Origin: Candidatus Poseidoniales archaeon
Lineage (GTDB): Archaea; Thermoplasmatota; Poseidoniia; Poseidoniales; Poseidoniaceae
Assembly: GCA_003602645.1 (NCBI GenBank)
Contig: QQSI01000040.1
Coordinates: forward strand, 4,152-68,151
Direction of reading: 5' to 3'
Length of the DNA stretch: 64,000 nt
Shown here: piece by piece, positions 8,455 through 16,841 of the stretch
Layout of the letters: each line of letters begins with the position of its first letter
Position numbering within the stretch: the first letter of the stretch is position 1
Notes under the pieces: generated by a model
Databases searched by the model: none
What the model saw: the letters and a program-made list of their open reading frames with translations, nothing else
Told to the model about the DNA's origin: nothing
Program-made: the position numbers and the translations under genes

Positions 8455-9296
8455 AGAAAATGGGTGACCGGAGCACACTTCCGTTGCCTCAATCCACCTA
8501 CGGCCTTGAAATTGTATTGATTGGCGTTTCTCATCCCGGCAACCTTGGTGCCGTTTGCCGGAGCATGTTGAATTATGGATTTGCTAACTTGAGGCTGGTC
8601 AATCCCAAATGTGAACCGGATCATATCGAGGCAAGAAACCGGGCCAAACATGCAGGGCGTATCCTCGACCAGTGCGCTGTGTACGATTCTCTTGATGCAG
8701 CAACAGAAGATGCCTCGATGATCATTGGCACGTCTGGAAAACGAGAAATTGGTTCGAAAACAAATTTTAGGCACTTCGTCTATCCATGGGAACTTTCAGA
8801 ACGCTTGGAAGGTTTTACCGGCAAAGTCTGTCTTGTATTCGGTGAAGAAGGAAAGGGGATGTCCACGGAAGACTTGGCGAAATGCGACTATCTTGTCACC
8901 CTCCCTACCTGGGAAGGCTACCCAATTGCCAACCTCTCTCACGCCGTGAATGCGTGTGTTTACGAATTACATCGGAACCGAGTAATTGCTCGACAAGGCA
9001 AGGAACAAGGGTTGCCCGACGTGGTCCCCCTTGAACGGTCGCTCAATCCTGAGTTGAAACAAATCCTTCATCAAACAGTTCGCGAATTAGCGAATGCCCT
9101 TCCCGGAAACGATGAGCGACGTCAGAGTTTTGGACAATCCCTTACGCGTTCAATCATGCGTTCTATGCCAACGCAAGGGGAGGCGACGAGAATGATTGGT
9201 GGTCTTCTTGATGCGACCACTGCAATCCAATACGTCGAGGGCAACGAGGAGTGGCGCAGCCAACGAAGGCGTAAAATCAGTCCTGAGGAAGAATGA
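8451..9296 (+). CDS. SpoU/TrmJ-family RNA 2'-O-methyltransferase
   Basis: LEIVLIGVSHPGNLGAVCRSMLNYGF..LRLV and VFGEEGKGMS...C.YLVTLP......ANLSHAVNACVYEL are SPOUT class motifs. A GAGGAGG Shine-Dalgarno-like sequence lies just upstream. Confidence 0.8.
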   Translation: MKKMGDRSTLPLPQSTYGLEIVLIGVSHPGNLGAVCRSMLNYGFANLRLVNPKCEPDHIEARNRAKHAGRILDQCAVYDSLDAATEDASMIIGTSGKREIGSKTNFRHFVYPWELSERLEGFTGKVCLVFGEEGKGMSTEDLAKCDYLVTLPTWEGYPIANLSHAVNACVYELHRNRVIARQGKEQGLPDVVPLERSLNPELKQILHQTVRELANALPGNDERRQSFGQSLTRSIMRSMPTQGEATRMIGGLLDATTAIQYVEGNEEWRSQRRRKISPEEE

Positions 9297-9302
9297 GTCC
9301 AT

Positions 9303-9752
9303 TCAACCGTGCCAAGAAGCAACGCTCTTTGGCGTTTCCCGAACGTGCATGGCGACCAAACGTAACCTGTTTCCATAGGCTGATTTGATGTGTGGCTCAA
9401 CTTGCTCGAAAGCCCACTTTGCGAGATTTTCTGCAGTCGGAACAAATGGTACCACGACTGTTCTGTGATCTGAGTCCATCATTTCGAGGGCTGCACGGGC
9501 TTGTTGATCGTGCTCGTACACCACAAAGGCATGGTCCACCACATCATGGACATAAACAGTAAGAATTTCACTCACATCTGAGAAATCCATCAACATCCCC
9601 TCTTCTGAGACACCATGTTCTTGAACAACATCGCCTTCAATTTCTGCTTCAAAGCGGTAGCGATGGCCGTGCATGTGGCGGCATTTGCTCTTGTGGTTTG
9701 GCACTCGGTGGCCAGTGTCAGTCTCAATGTATCTTCGTATTCGTGTGGTCAT
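9303..9752 (-). CDS. queD: 6-carboxy-5,6,7,8-tetrahydropterin synthase (QueD/PTPS family)
   Basis: HRVPNHKSKCRHMHGHRYRFEAEIEG carries the PTPS Zn-His/Cys motifs. Overlaps the queC stop by 4 nt. Confidence 0.85.
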   Translation of the reverse strand: MTTRIRRYIETDTGHRVPNHKSKCRHMHGHRYRFEAEIEGDVVQEHGVSEEGMLMDFSDVSEILTVYVHDVVDHAFVVYEHDQQARAALEMMDSDHRTVVVPFVPTAENLAKWAFEQVEPHIKSAYGNRLRLVAMHVRETPKSVASWHG

Positions 9753-10906
9753 TGTTCCAACTCCTCAAACTCTAACGAGGCTGAATTGATACAGTATCTC
9801 ATTCCGCCGTGTTCTCTTGGTCCATCGTTGAAAATATGTCCAAGATGTGCGTCGCATTGAGAACATCGAACTTCTGTTCGAATCATGCCATGCGTGCGAT
9901 CTTCAATCTGATGAATGGACGCCCTTGCATGCTCACTATGGAAGGATGGCCATCCGCAACCTGAATCAAATTTCATGGCTGATGTGAACAGGTGATGACC
10001 GCAACAAATGCAATTGTAGTTTCCACTTCTTTTCTCATTCCAATACGCGCCTGTAAACGCCCTTTCAGTGCCACTTTCTCTCGTGACATGGTATTGCAAT
10101 TGAGTTAATTTTTCCTTGTAGTATGCATCTTTGTGCTTTTGTTCTGTTTCTAAAGCAGCAGCCAAAACAATCTCCCACGGTTCAATGTATTCAATTGGAT
10201 CCACCAAATCAAGTGCGTTAAAGGCAAGAATTCGCTCCACGTCAGAACCGCTTCGCCCTGAACTTCTGCCATCCTGATCGGGGTTGTACGATGTGATGGT
10301 GTTTTCAAAAACTCGGTCGAAATTTAAACCAATTTTGTCACATGAAGCCAAAGCGTCTTTCAAAATGGTCACTTTATCGCCGTCGATGTATGGTAAGTGG
10401 AAGGATACGGTATGGCTGTCCCAGTTTCCAACTGCAAAAGCGTGTTCAAGGGCATGATAAAATTCTGGACGGCAATCGGGGTAGATGGCATGATCGCCTG
10501 AATGCACTCCTAAGGCAATTTCGACATTCGCCTTTTCTCGCTTGGCCACTGAAAGGGCGTATCCGTAGAGAATTGATGCAAAAATAGCGTTTCTATTTGG
10601 AACGACAGTGGATTTCATTTGTTCTTCTTCGTAGTGGCCTTCAGGAACCTTGATGCCTTCATTGATCAAGGACGATTCGAACAAGGTCATCGCTGAAGTT
10701 AAATCGACAATGTGGTGTTCAACGTAGAATCCTTTGTCCTGCAAGTATGCAATGTTGTTTGATGCTCTGGTCAACTCAACGCTGTGCTTTTGGCCGTAAT
10801 TATAGGAAATACAGCTTACATTTTTCCCCTCAGCCAAGGCGTTCAAGAGCAAAGAAGTAGAGTCCATCCCACCTGAAAGTGCCATGACAGTATGCTCAGC
10901 CATCAA
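9749..10906 (-). CDS. queC: QueC (7-cyano-7-deazaguanine synthase)-like domain fused to MsrB (methionine-R-sulfoxide reductase)
   Basis: The N-terminal region has the PP-loop ALSGGMDSTS, plus PNRNAIF and YPDCRPEF (QueC). Residues from about 262 to 385 (YHVTRESGTERAFTGAYWN, CICCGHHLF, GCGWPSF, CSQCDAHLGHIFNDGP, RYCINS) form a complete MsrB with both CxxC pairs and the catalytic Cys. Confidence 0.85.
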   Translation of the reverse strand: MMAEHTVMALSGGMDSTSLLLNALAEGKNVSCISYNYGQKHSVELTRASNNIAYLQDKGFYVEHHIVDLTSAMTLFESSLINEGIKVPEGHYEEEQMKSTVVPNRNAIFASILYGYALSVAKREKANVEIALGVHSGDHAIYPDCRPEFYHALEHAFAVGNWDSHTVSFHLPYIDGDKVTILKDALASCDKIGLNFDRVFENTITSYNPDQDGRSSGRSGSDVERILAFNALDLVDPIEYIEPWEIVLAAALETEQKHKDAYYKEKLTQLQYHVTRESGTERAFTGAYWNEKRSGNYNCICCGHHLFTSAMKFDSGCGWPSFHSEHARASIHQIEDRTHGMIRTEVRCSQCDAHLGHIFNDGPREHGGMRYCINSASLEFEELEQ

Positions 10907-11565
10907 TCAACACCCATCCATTTGTGTGTTTGGAGGCTTAGGCGCCATTGTGGATTTTCTTTGACCATTGCTTCTGTTTCAGCGAAATTTTTTCCGTTCC
11001 ACTCTACAGATTCTAATTCCATGTAACACGGTTGGAGGAAATGGTGTTTGAACCCTTGTCGCAATTCTTCGTACATCGATAGATCTTGACCTATATACAC
11101 ACACTTCAATTCGTCACCTGTACGTTGACGCAATTTCACTTCTGGATACATTTGATCTTTAGGTGACACACATATCCAATCCAAGAGTCCATCAGGGATT
11201 TCAATGGTTCCATTTGTTTCAACAGATAATGAGTACCCCCTTGCCTTGAGCAAACGATGCAACGGCCAAAGGTTCTGTAACATGGGTTCTCCACCAGTGA
11301 AGATGATTCGCTTACAATCAAACTTTGATAGTTCCCCAAGCAAGTCAATCGCATTCATAGTATTGAATGTTAGAAAATCTGTGTCGCACCATTCGCAACG
11401 GAGGTTACAATTTCCAAAACGAACGAAAACATGAGGAATCCCTGCGTGGTAACCTTCACCTTGAACTGAATGAAACACTTCGACGATTGGATACTCTGCA
11501 GCCAAATCGGTTGGATCATCAACGGGCGTGTCACCGGCACGAACACAGGAGTCGTTAACGGTCAT
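10903..11565 (-). CDS. queE: 7-carboxy-7-deazaguanine synthase (radical SAM QueE)
   Basis: EVFHSVQGEGYHAGIPHVFVRFGNCNLRCEWCDT is the QueE N-terminal CxxxCxxC radical-SAM motif. Overlaps queC by 4 nt. Confidence 0.85.
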   Translation of the reverse strand: MTVNDSCVRAGDTPVDDPTDLAAEYPIVEVFHSVQGEGYHAGIPHVFVRFGNCNLRCEWCDTDFLTFNTMNAIDLLGELSKFDCKRIIFTGGEPMLQNLWPLHRLLKARGYSLSVETNGTIEIPDGLLDWICVSPKDQMYPEVKLRQRTGDELKCVYIGQDLSMYEELRQGFKHHFLQPCYMELESVEWNGKNFAETEAMVKENPQWRLSLQTHKWMGVD

Positions 11566-11574
11566 ATTCTCACC

Positions 11575-12150
11575 TCAAAGTGGACGTGAATGAATCAATT
11601 GCATGAGTTCTTGCCTTGCTTCTGGTCGTTCAAAAAACACCCCTCGCATGGCCGATGTGGTCATGATTGAATTTTGCTTTTTGACCCCTCTGCATCGCAT
11701 ACATCCATGCTTCGCTTCAATAATGACGGCAGCACCCAACGGTGCTAGATGAGATTCTAAATCATCAGCAACGCCCTTCGTGATACGTTCCTGATTTTGC
11801 AAGCGTTGAGCATGGAGGTCCACAATCCGTGCTAATTTACTGATCCCCACAATCCGCTCAACTGGGATGTACGCAACGTGAGCACGCCCAGTGAATGGCT
11901 GCAGGTGATGCTCACAAGTGGAATGAAATTCAATATCCCTCAGAAGAACAATTCCATCGTAACCCTCTCCATTGAAGGTTGAATCAAGAAGTTCAGCGGC
12001 ATCCATTTGGTAACCACCAAAAATTTCATCCCATGAATCAATCACGCGTTTTGGTGTTTTTGCTAGCCCTTCACGATTTGGTTCAGGTTCAAGGTAGCCA
12101 AGGAGGGTATGCACTGCCTGTTCTGCTTCGTCTCGTGTCACCATCGTCAA
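11575..12150 (-). CDS. folE: GTP cyclohydrolase I
   Basis: FHSTCEHHLQPFTGRAHVAYIP...VGISKLARIVD..A.RLQNQERIT are FolE active-site strings. Confidence 0.9.
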   Translation of the reverse strand: MTMVTRDEAEQAVHTLLGYLEPEPNREGLAKTPKRVIDSWDEIFGGYQMDAAELLDSTFNGEGYDGIVLLRDIEFHSTCEHHLQPFTGRAHVAYIPVERIVGISKLARIVDLHAQRLQNQERITKGVADDLESHLAPLGAAVIIEAKHGCMRCRGVKKQNSIMTTSAMRGVFFERPEARQELMQLIHSRPL

Positions 12151-12317
12151 TCGCCTCCACGCCCATGCCTTGCGTCAATCTCATCCAGTTGGTCTAGCAA
12201 TTTTCTGCACGCCGTTCGAACTGCATCGGCAAGACTGACAAATTTGTGCTCGTCTCCGACATGCTTACGGAGATCTTCAACGAGCTCAGCAGGCATGTCC
12301 AGGGAGATTTTGGGCAT
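12147..12317 (-). CDS. Ribbon-helix-helix (CopG/Arc-like) DNA-binding protein
   Basis: MPKISLDMPAELVEDLRKHVGDEHKFVSLADAVRTACRKLL fits the RHH beta-strand plus two-helix pattern. Its stop overlaps the folE ATG (ATGA). Start is ATG 12317 or ATG 12341. Confidence 0.55.
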   Translation of the reverse strand: MPKISLDMPAELVEDLRKHVGDEHKFVSLADAVRTACRKLLDQLDEIDARHGRGGD

Positions 12318-12464
12318 AGTTAACGCACCCGATGGTCCCATATAAGTATTCTCTGAGTATTACCAGAAGAATACATTGGCCCCTGTTGTTGGTGTTCGTT
12401 TTCGTCAGATTTCATTCAATGTTAAGCCAATGTTCAAGGCATCCCGTGGCCGACACGGTCACTG

Positions 12465-13973
12465 ATGACAGTCATGCTATCACCGCATCAGGCCCTCGAA
12501 CACCTTCATGCATTGCGTTCAAAGACTGGAACGATGGACACCGTCGGACTTCCTGACGACGTGATTGACCGCTTTTGCGCACTGGATCCTAAACTCGTCA
12601 AAGCCATCCATGAAGCAAGCATCCGATTTCAAGAAATAGAATCTGAATTTGGCTCGGAGATGTTGCAACGAGACGAAGCGGATCTCGTCGGGGTCCTTCA
12701 ACACGATTTTGTAAATTTTTATGCACCAGCAACCGTCAATCCATACATTGCCCTTTCGGGCCGAGGTCCATGGATTGTCACCGCCTATGGAGCAGTTCTT
12801 CATGACAATGGGGGCTATGGCATGCTTGGTGCCGGTCATGGTCCTGAAGAAGTCATTGATGCAATGTCTGGAAACTGGGTCATGGCCAATGTCATGACGC
12901 CTTCTTTCAGTCAAAAGCGACTTGCTGAGCGATTGGAGCGAGAACTTGGTCACACTCGTGGCTCTTGCCCATTCACCCGATTTATTTGCATGAACAGTGG
13001 TTCTGAATCGGTCACGGTGAGCCTCAGAATTGCCGATGTGAATGCTCGAAGGCATACGGGTCCAGGTGGGCGACACGAAGGGAAGGAAATCAAATTGCTC
13101 GCCATTGAGAAAGCCTTCCATGGGCGCACAGACAGACCTGCACAGATTTCTCACTCTTGCAAAGGATCCTATGACAAAAATTTAGCAACATTCAGAGACC
13201 GGGATAACCTCCTGCTCGTTCCAGCAAATGACATCGCCTCACTCGAAGCGATGTTTAAGCGCGCCGAAGAAGAAAACTGGTTCATTGAATTAATGGCCAT
13301 TGAACCAGTACAGGGAGAAGGAAACCCAGGGGCATGTGTCCAGCGTGATTTCTATGACGCTGCACGTAGGCTCACATTAGAACACGGATCGATGCTTTTG
13401 GTTGATTCGATTCAGGCGGGAATTAGGGGCCAAGGTTGCCTTTCGATCATTGATTATGATGGATTCCAAGACGCCGAAGTGCCAGATTTGGAAACATGGT
13501 CAAAGGCATTAAACGCGGGCCAATATCCCCTTTCCGTGCTTGGTATGAACGACCGTGCTGCTGAAAATTACGTTGTTGGAATTTATGGCAACACGATGAC
13601 GACCAATCCACGAGCTTTGGAAACGGCATGTGCAGTTCTTGACAGCATGACGCCAGAACTTCGTTCTAACATCAAAGATCGAGGCGATGAATTTGTCGCT
13701 AAGTTGAAAATATTGCGAGAAGAGTTCCCTGGTATCATCACGAAAGTACAGGGCACCGGGCTATTGCTCAGTGCTGAATTAGAACCCACTCGATTCCCGG
13801 TTGTGGGGTTCGATGCTGTTGAACCATGGTGCCGTCGACAAGGACTGGGCGTGATTCATGGTGGCGTAAATGCGCTTCGATTTACCCCGCACTTTGGCAT
13901 CACTTCCGAAGAAATTGATTTGATCATCGAAGTGGTTCGGGCTTCATTAATCGAATTTAATCAGCGTTCATGA
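12465..13973 (+). CDS. Class-III PLP-dependent aminotransferase (ornithine/GABA/lysine aminotransferase-like) with an N-terminal extension
   Basis: CMNSGSESV, AFHGRTDRP, LLVDSIQAGIRGQG and the SKAL PLP-lysine context are class-III motifs. Substrate cannot be determined from the sequence. Confidence 0.8.
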   Translation: MTVMLSPHQALEHLHALRSKTGTMDTVGLPDDVIDRFCALDPKLVKAIHEASIRFQEIESEFGSEMLQRDEADLVGVLQHDFVNFYAPATVNPYIALSGRGPWIVTAYGAVLHDNGGYGMLGAGHGPEEVIDAMSGNWVMANVMTPSFSQKRLAERLERELGHTRGSCPFTRFICMNSGSESVTVSLRIADVNARRHTGPGGRHEGKEIKLLAIEKAFHGRTDRPAQISHSCKGSYDKNLATFRDRDNLLLVPANDIASLEAMFKRAEEENWFIELMAIEPVQGEGNPGACVQRDFYDAARRLTLEHGSMLLVDSIQAGIRGQGCLSIIDYDGFQDAEVPDLETWSKALNAGQYPLSVLGMNDRAAENYVVGIYGNTMTTNPRALETACAVLDSMTPELRSNIKDRGDEFVAKLKILREEFPGIITKVQGTGLLLSAELEPTRFPVVGFDAVEPWCRRQGLGVIHGGVNALRFTPHFGITSEEIDLIIEVVRASLIEFNQRS

Positions 13974-15188
13974 CAAACTCGTCACAATGTCCTCTCGGCT
14001 GAATTGCCGGCTGGCATAATAAGCTGCAAGTCCGGCGTATACAATGCTCGATAGGGCCCACACAAAGATGTGCTCAGGGATGACTCTGTTCATCAACAAC
14101 TCGCGCAAAGCCAACAAAATGTTGACGACAGGAACCGCGAACCAATATGATTCGATTCCATCGAGATTGATAACTTGGGTAAATAAGGCTGGGAAGACAA
14201 TTAACAAAAGCATAGGAGCGAGAATAGACCCTGCCTCTTTTACACTGTGAGAACGCATTGCTAAAGCCAGTTCAATGGCGACTACCATGATGGCAAATAG
14301 GAGAATTGCTCCAACGATCAGTGCCACGGTTGTGATCGACAGTTCCGGAAGCCCTATCACACTCGAAGAAGCGAGGTAGCCGATCGCAAAGAGTAGGCCA
14401 AAAATTTGTAAGATCACGCCCACTCCTGTAATGGTGGCAACAGCAACCCATTTTCCGAGAAGCAATTCAAGACGAGTACATGGCAAGCAGAGAAGCGCCT
14501 CTAGGGTTCCACGTTCTCGCTCTCCAGCCGTCATATCGATGGAAGGTTGTAGTGCGCTTGAATAGGTCCAAATTGCTAGGACTAGGGGTATGAACAACGA
14601 CAATACCATGCCCGCTTGTTCTCCACTGGTGGCTACATCACTCTGCGTGACATCACCATCCCAACGGAGGGGATTGAGCGTTGAGTTGACGTCCATACCT
14701 GAATCCGAAATTCGGCGTTCCACCTCCTCTTCCTCCCATGTGTTCAATGCATCCAACAAACGATTCCATGCCTCATTGGAACGTTCGGACGTCGATAATC
14801 GCAAAATTGCATAATCCCAAGTTGAATTGACCTTCTCGACGCGCAAGATCGCATCAACCGAACCATTCCGCACCCTTTCCAAATCATTTCCAGGTTCGGA
14901 GAGTTGAGATTGATGTTCTAGCGACTCCTTCACGACCTCAATTCCTGCACCAATAATGGCCTGCTCCATTGATTCTTCGAACGAATTAGATTGGACAATT
15001 ACTGTGAGTTCGAGTGCGTCCAATTCTGCTGCTTCAGATTCCAGTAAGATTGGGAATAAGATGAATAAAAGTGGAAACATCAACAGCGGAATGACAATGA
15101 TTGCCATAATGGTACGCCAGTCCCGAACAAATTCAACCACTTCCTTCTTTGCGATTGCCCGAATCCTATGGGTCGAAAATTTACTCAC
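13968..15188 (-). CDS. ABC-2 type transporter permease (NatB-like)
   Basis: IAKKEVVEFVRDWRTIMAIIVIPLLMFPL is a NatB-like N-terminus. A large extracytoplasmic loop is followed by 5-6 C-terminal TM helices. The proposed GTG start at 15188 overlaps the ATPase stop; the track's upstream ATGs would overlap the ATPase by more than 100 nt. Confidence 0.7.
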   Translation of the reverse strand: MSKFSTHRIRAIAKKEVVEFVRDWRTIMAIIVIPLLMFPLLFILFPILLESEAAELDALELTVIVQSNSFEESMEQAIIGAGIEVVKESLEHQSQLSEPGNDLERVRNGSVDAILRVEKVNSTWDYAILRLSTSERSNEAWNRLLDALNTWEEEEVERRISDSGMDVNSTLNPLRWDGDVTQSDVATSGEQAGMVLSLFIPLVLAIWTYSSALQPSIDMTAGERERGTLEALLCLPCTRLELLLGKWVAVATITGVGVILQIFGLLFAIGYLASSSVIGLPELSITTVALIVGAILLFAIMVVAIELALAMRSHSVKEAGSILAPMLLLIVFPALFTQVINLDGIESYWFAVPVVNILLALRELLMNRVIPEHIFVWALSSIVYAGLAAYYASRQFSREDIVTSLS

Positions 15189-16023
15189 TTTCCCTGACCT
15201 CCTTCGTTTCAAGCATCGGTGGTTTCGGCGTGAAGAACCGCCTCCACCAACCGGTAAAACGCCCCTCACCTTCATTGTCTTCTTGTCTTGGTCGAGCCGC
15301 ATCATTTGTTAAAGCAACATAGGCTTCCTCTAACGATGTTGTTTGAGTTTGCTCAAGGAGGAGCTCGGGAGCCCCATCGGCACGAATATCGCCATTGTGG
15401 ACGATGACAATGCGATCGCACACTTGTTGCGCCTCTGAAAGTTGATGGGTCGAGTAAATGACGGTGCCTCCCTCTCGTTTCAGTTGGTCGACCAGCCGCC
15501 TCACGGTTCGGGCACTTGTGATGTCCAATCCTGCTGTTGGTTCATCCAACAAGAGGATGGAAGGTCCGTGGGCTAAAGCCCTGAGCAGGGCCGTTTTTTG
15601 GCGCATGCCACGGCTGAATCCTTTTGTATGACGCCCAAGAGATTCAACCATGTCAAGGTGCTGTGCAAACTTCGCGGTCCTTGCCCAAGCATCCTCATCC
15701 GAAACGCCGTGCATTCGTGAATGATAGCGGATGTTTTCCCAAGCAGTGAGCCTCGAATACAGTCCGGTGGATTCGGGGACAACGCCGAGCACTTGGCGCA
15801 TGTCACTCACAGGTTTTCCATCGGCAAGGAGAACTTTTCCTGATGTAGGTGTGTACACGCCAGCCATGAGGCGTAGGAGGGTGGTTTTTCCAGCGCCGTT
15901 GCTCCCGACCAAACCGATGATTTCGCCCGAATTGATTTTGAGATCAATTTCCGTCAACGCATGTAAATCGCCAAACGATTTGGACACTCGGGTCAATGTT
16001 AGAAGCGGTTGCATAACGCCCAC
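15181..16023 (-). CDS. ABC transporter ATP-binding protein (NatA-like)
   Basis: Walker A GSNGAGKTT, signature FSRGMRQK, Walker B ILLLDEPTAGLD and an H-loop STHQL. Confidence 0.9.
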   Translation of the reverse strand: MGVMQPLLTLTRVSKSFGDLHALTEIDLKINSGEIIGLVGSNGAGKTTLLRLMAGVYTPTSGKVLLADGKPVSDMRQVLGVVPESTGLYSRLTAWENIRYHSRMHGVSDEDAWARTAKFAQHLDMVESLGRHTKGFSRGMRQKTALLRALAHGPSILLLDEPTAGLDITSARTVRRLVDQLKREGGTVIYSTHQLSEAQQVCDRIVIVHNGDIRADGAPELLLEQTQTTSLEEAYVALTNDAARPRQEDNEGEGRFTGWWRRFFTPKPPMLETKEVRESE

Positions 16024-16026
16024 ATC

Positions 16027-16332
16027 TCATGAAGCACGACCTGATTCCACTGCGGAATCTAGGCCAGGGTGTTTTTCCTCCAAGCGGCAAGCACGGGCGA
16101 GTTGTTGTTTCAATTGACTGAAAATTTCCTTTTGTGGTACACCCATTTCAACGAGGTTTCCTATCATGTTAAACGCACCTTGGATGGCGCCTGCATCGAG
16201 GTAGGCATCGTTGGAAATTTGCCCGGTCTGGCGGAGGACATCCAGTCGGTCTGCAATGAATTGTGCTTCATTTCTGACGCTTGGTCCATCGACATGAGCG
16301 AGAGCCATCAAAGTATCCACGCAGGTTCGCAT
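16027..16332 (-). CDS. Hypothetical protein, possibly TerB-like helical
   Basis: 101-aa ORF packed 3 nt from the ABC ATPase start. LMALAHVDGPSVRNEAQFI resembles the TerB-type 'aDG.i...E' motif; the call is weak. Confidence 0.4.
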   Translation of the reverse strand: MRTCVDTLMALAHVDGPSVRNEAQFIADRLDVLRQTGQISNDAYLDAGAIQGAFNMIGNLVEMGVPQKEIFSQLKQQLARACRLEEKHPGLDSAVESGRAS

Positions 16333-16391
16333 GGTGATTCACCTGGTACGGATGATTAAGATGGTTTGCCTTTCAAGGCATGAAAAAAGGC

Positions 16392-16832
16392 TCAGTGACT
16401 CGATTCAGTGAGTTCAACCAATACACCGCCAGTGGAATATGGGTGGACAAAAGCAATTCGTTTGCCACCAGCACCTTGCCTCGGCACAGTGTCGATCATT
16501 CGGATGCCATTCTCCACAAGATGAGCAATGAGTCCTTCAAGATCTCCAACTCTGAAACAAATTTGTTGAACGCCCGGCCCACGTTTGTTAAGGAAACGGC
16601 CAATTGGTGTGTCTTCGTGTGTTGGCTCAAGCAGTTCAACCATCGGAGGGTGAGCATCTGAAGTTTGTGAATCGATGGAGGTGGAAAAGAAACGCGTTTT
16701 TACCCCTTGATCAGCAACAACTTCATCCTCCTTGGATTGTGAAAGGCCAATCAATCTCCAAAACGAGGATGCATCATCTAAATTTGATGTAGCAATTCCG
16801 ATGTGATCAATGTGTACAGGTCCAAATCTCAT
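16392..16832 (-). CDS. mce: Methylmalonyl-CoA epimerase (VOC/glyoxalase fold)
   Basis: IDHIGIATSNLDDASSFW and VAFVHP..TGGVLVEL are typical epimerase strings. Adjacent to the mutase gene. Confidence 0.8.
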   Translation of the reverse strand: MRFGPVHIDHIGIATSNLDDASSFWRLIGLSQSKEDEVVADQGVKTRFFSTSIDSQTSDAHPPMVELLEPTHEDTPIGRFLNKRGPGVQQICFRVGDLEGLIAHLVENGIRMIDTVPRQGAGGKRIAFVHPYSTGGVLVELTESSH

Positions 16833-16841
16833 TTCAACACC

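Noticed and set aside
12519-13154. A 211-aa minus-strand ORF inside the aminotransferase gene
   Set aside because: The plus-strand frame has class-III aminotransferase motifs throughout. The antisense ORF has none.
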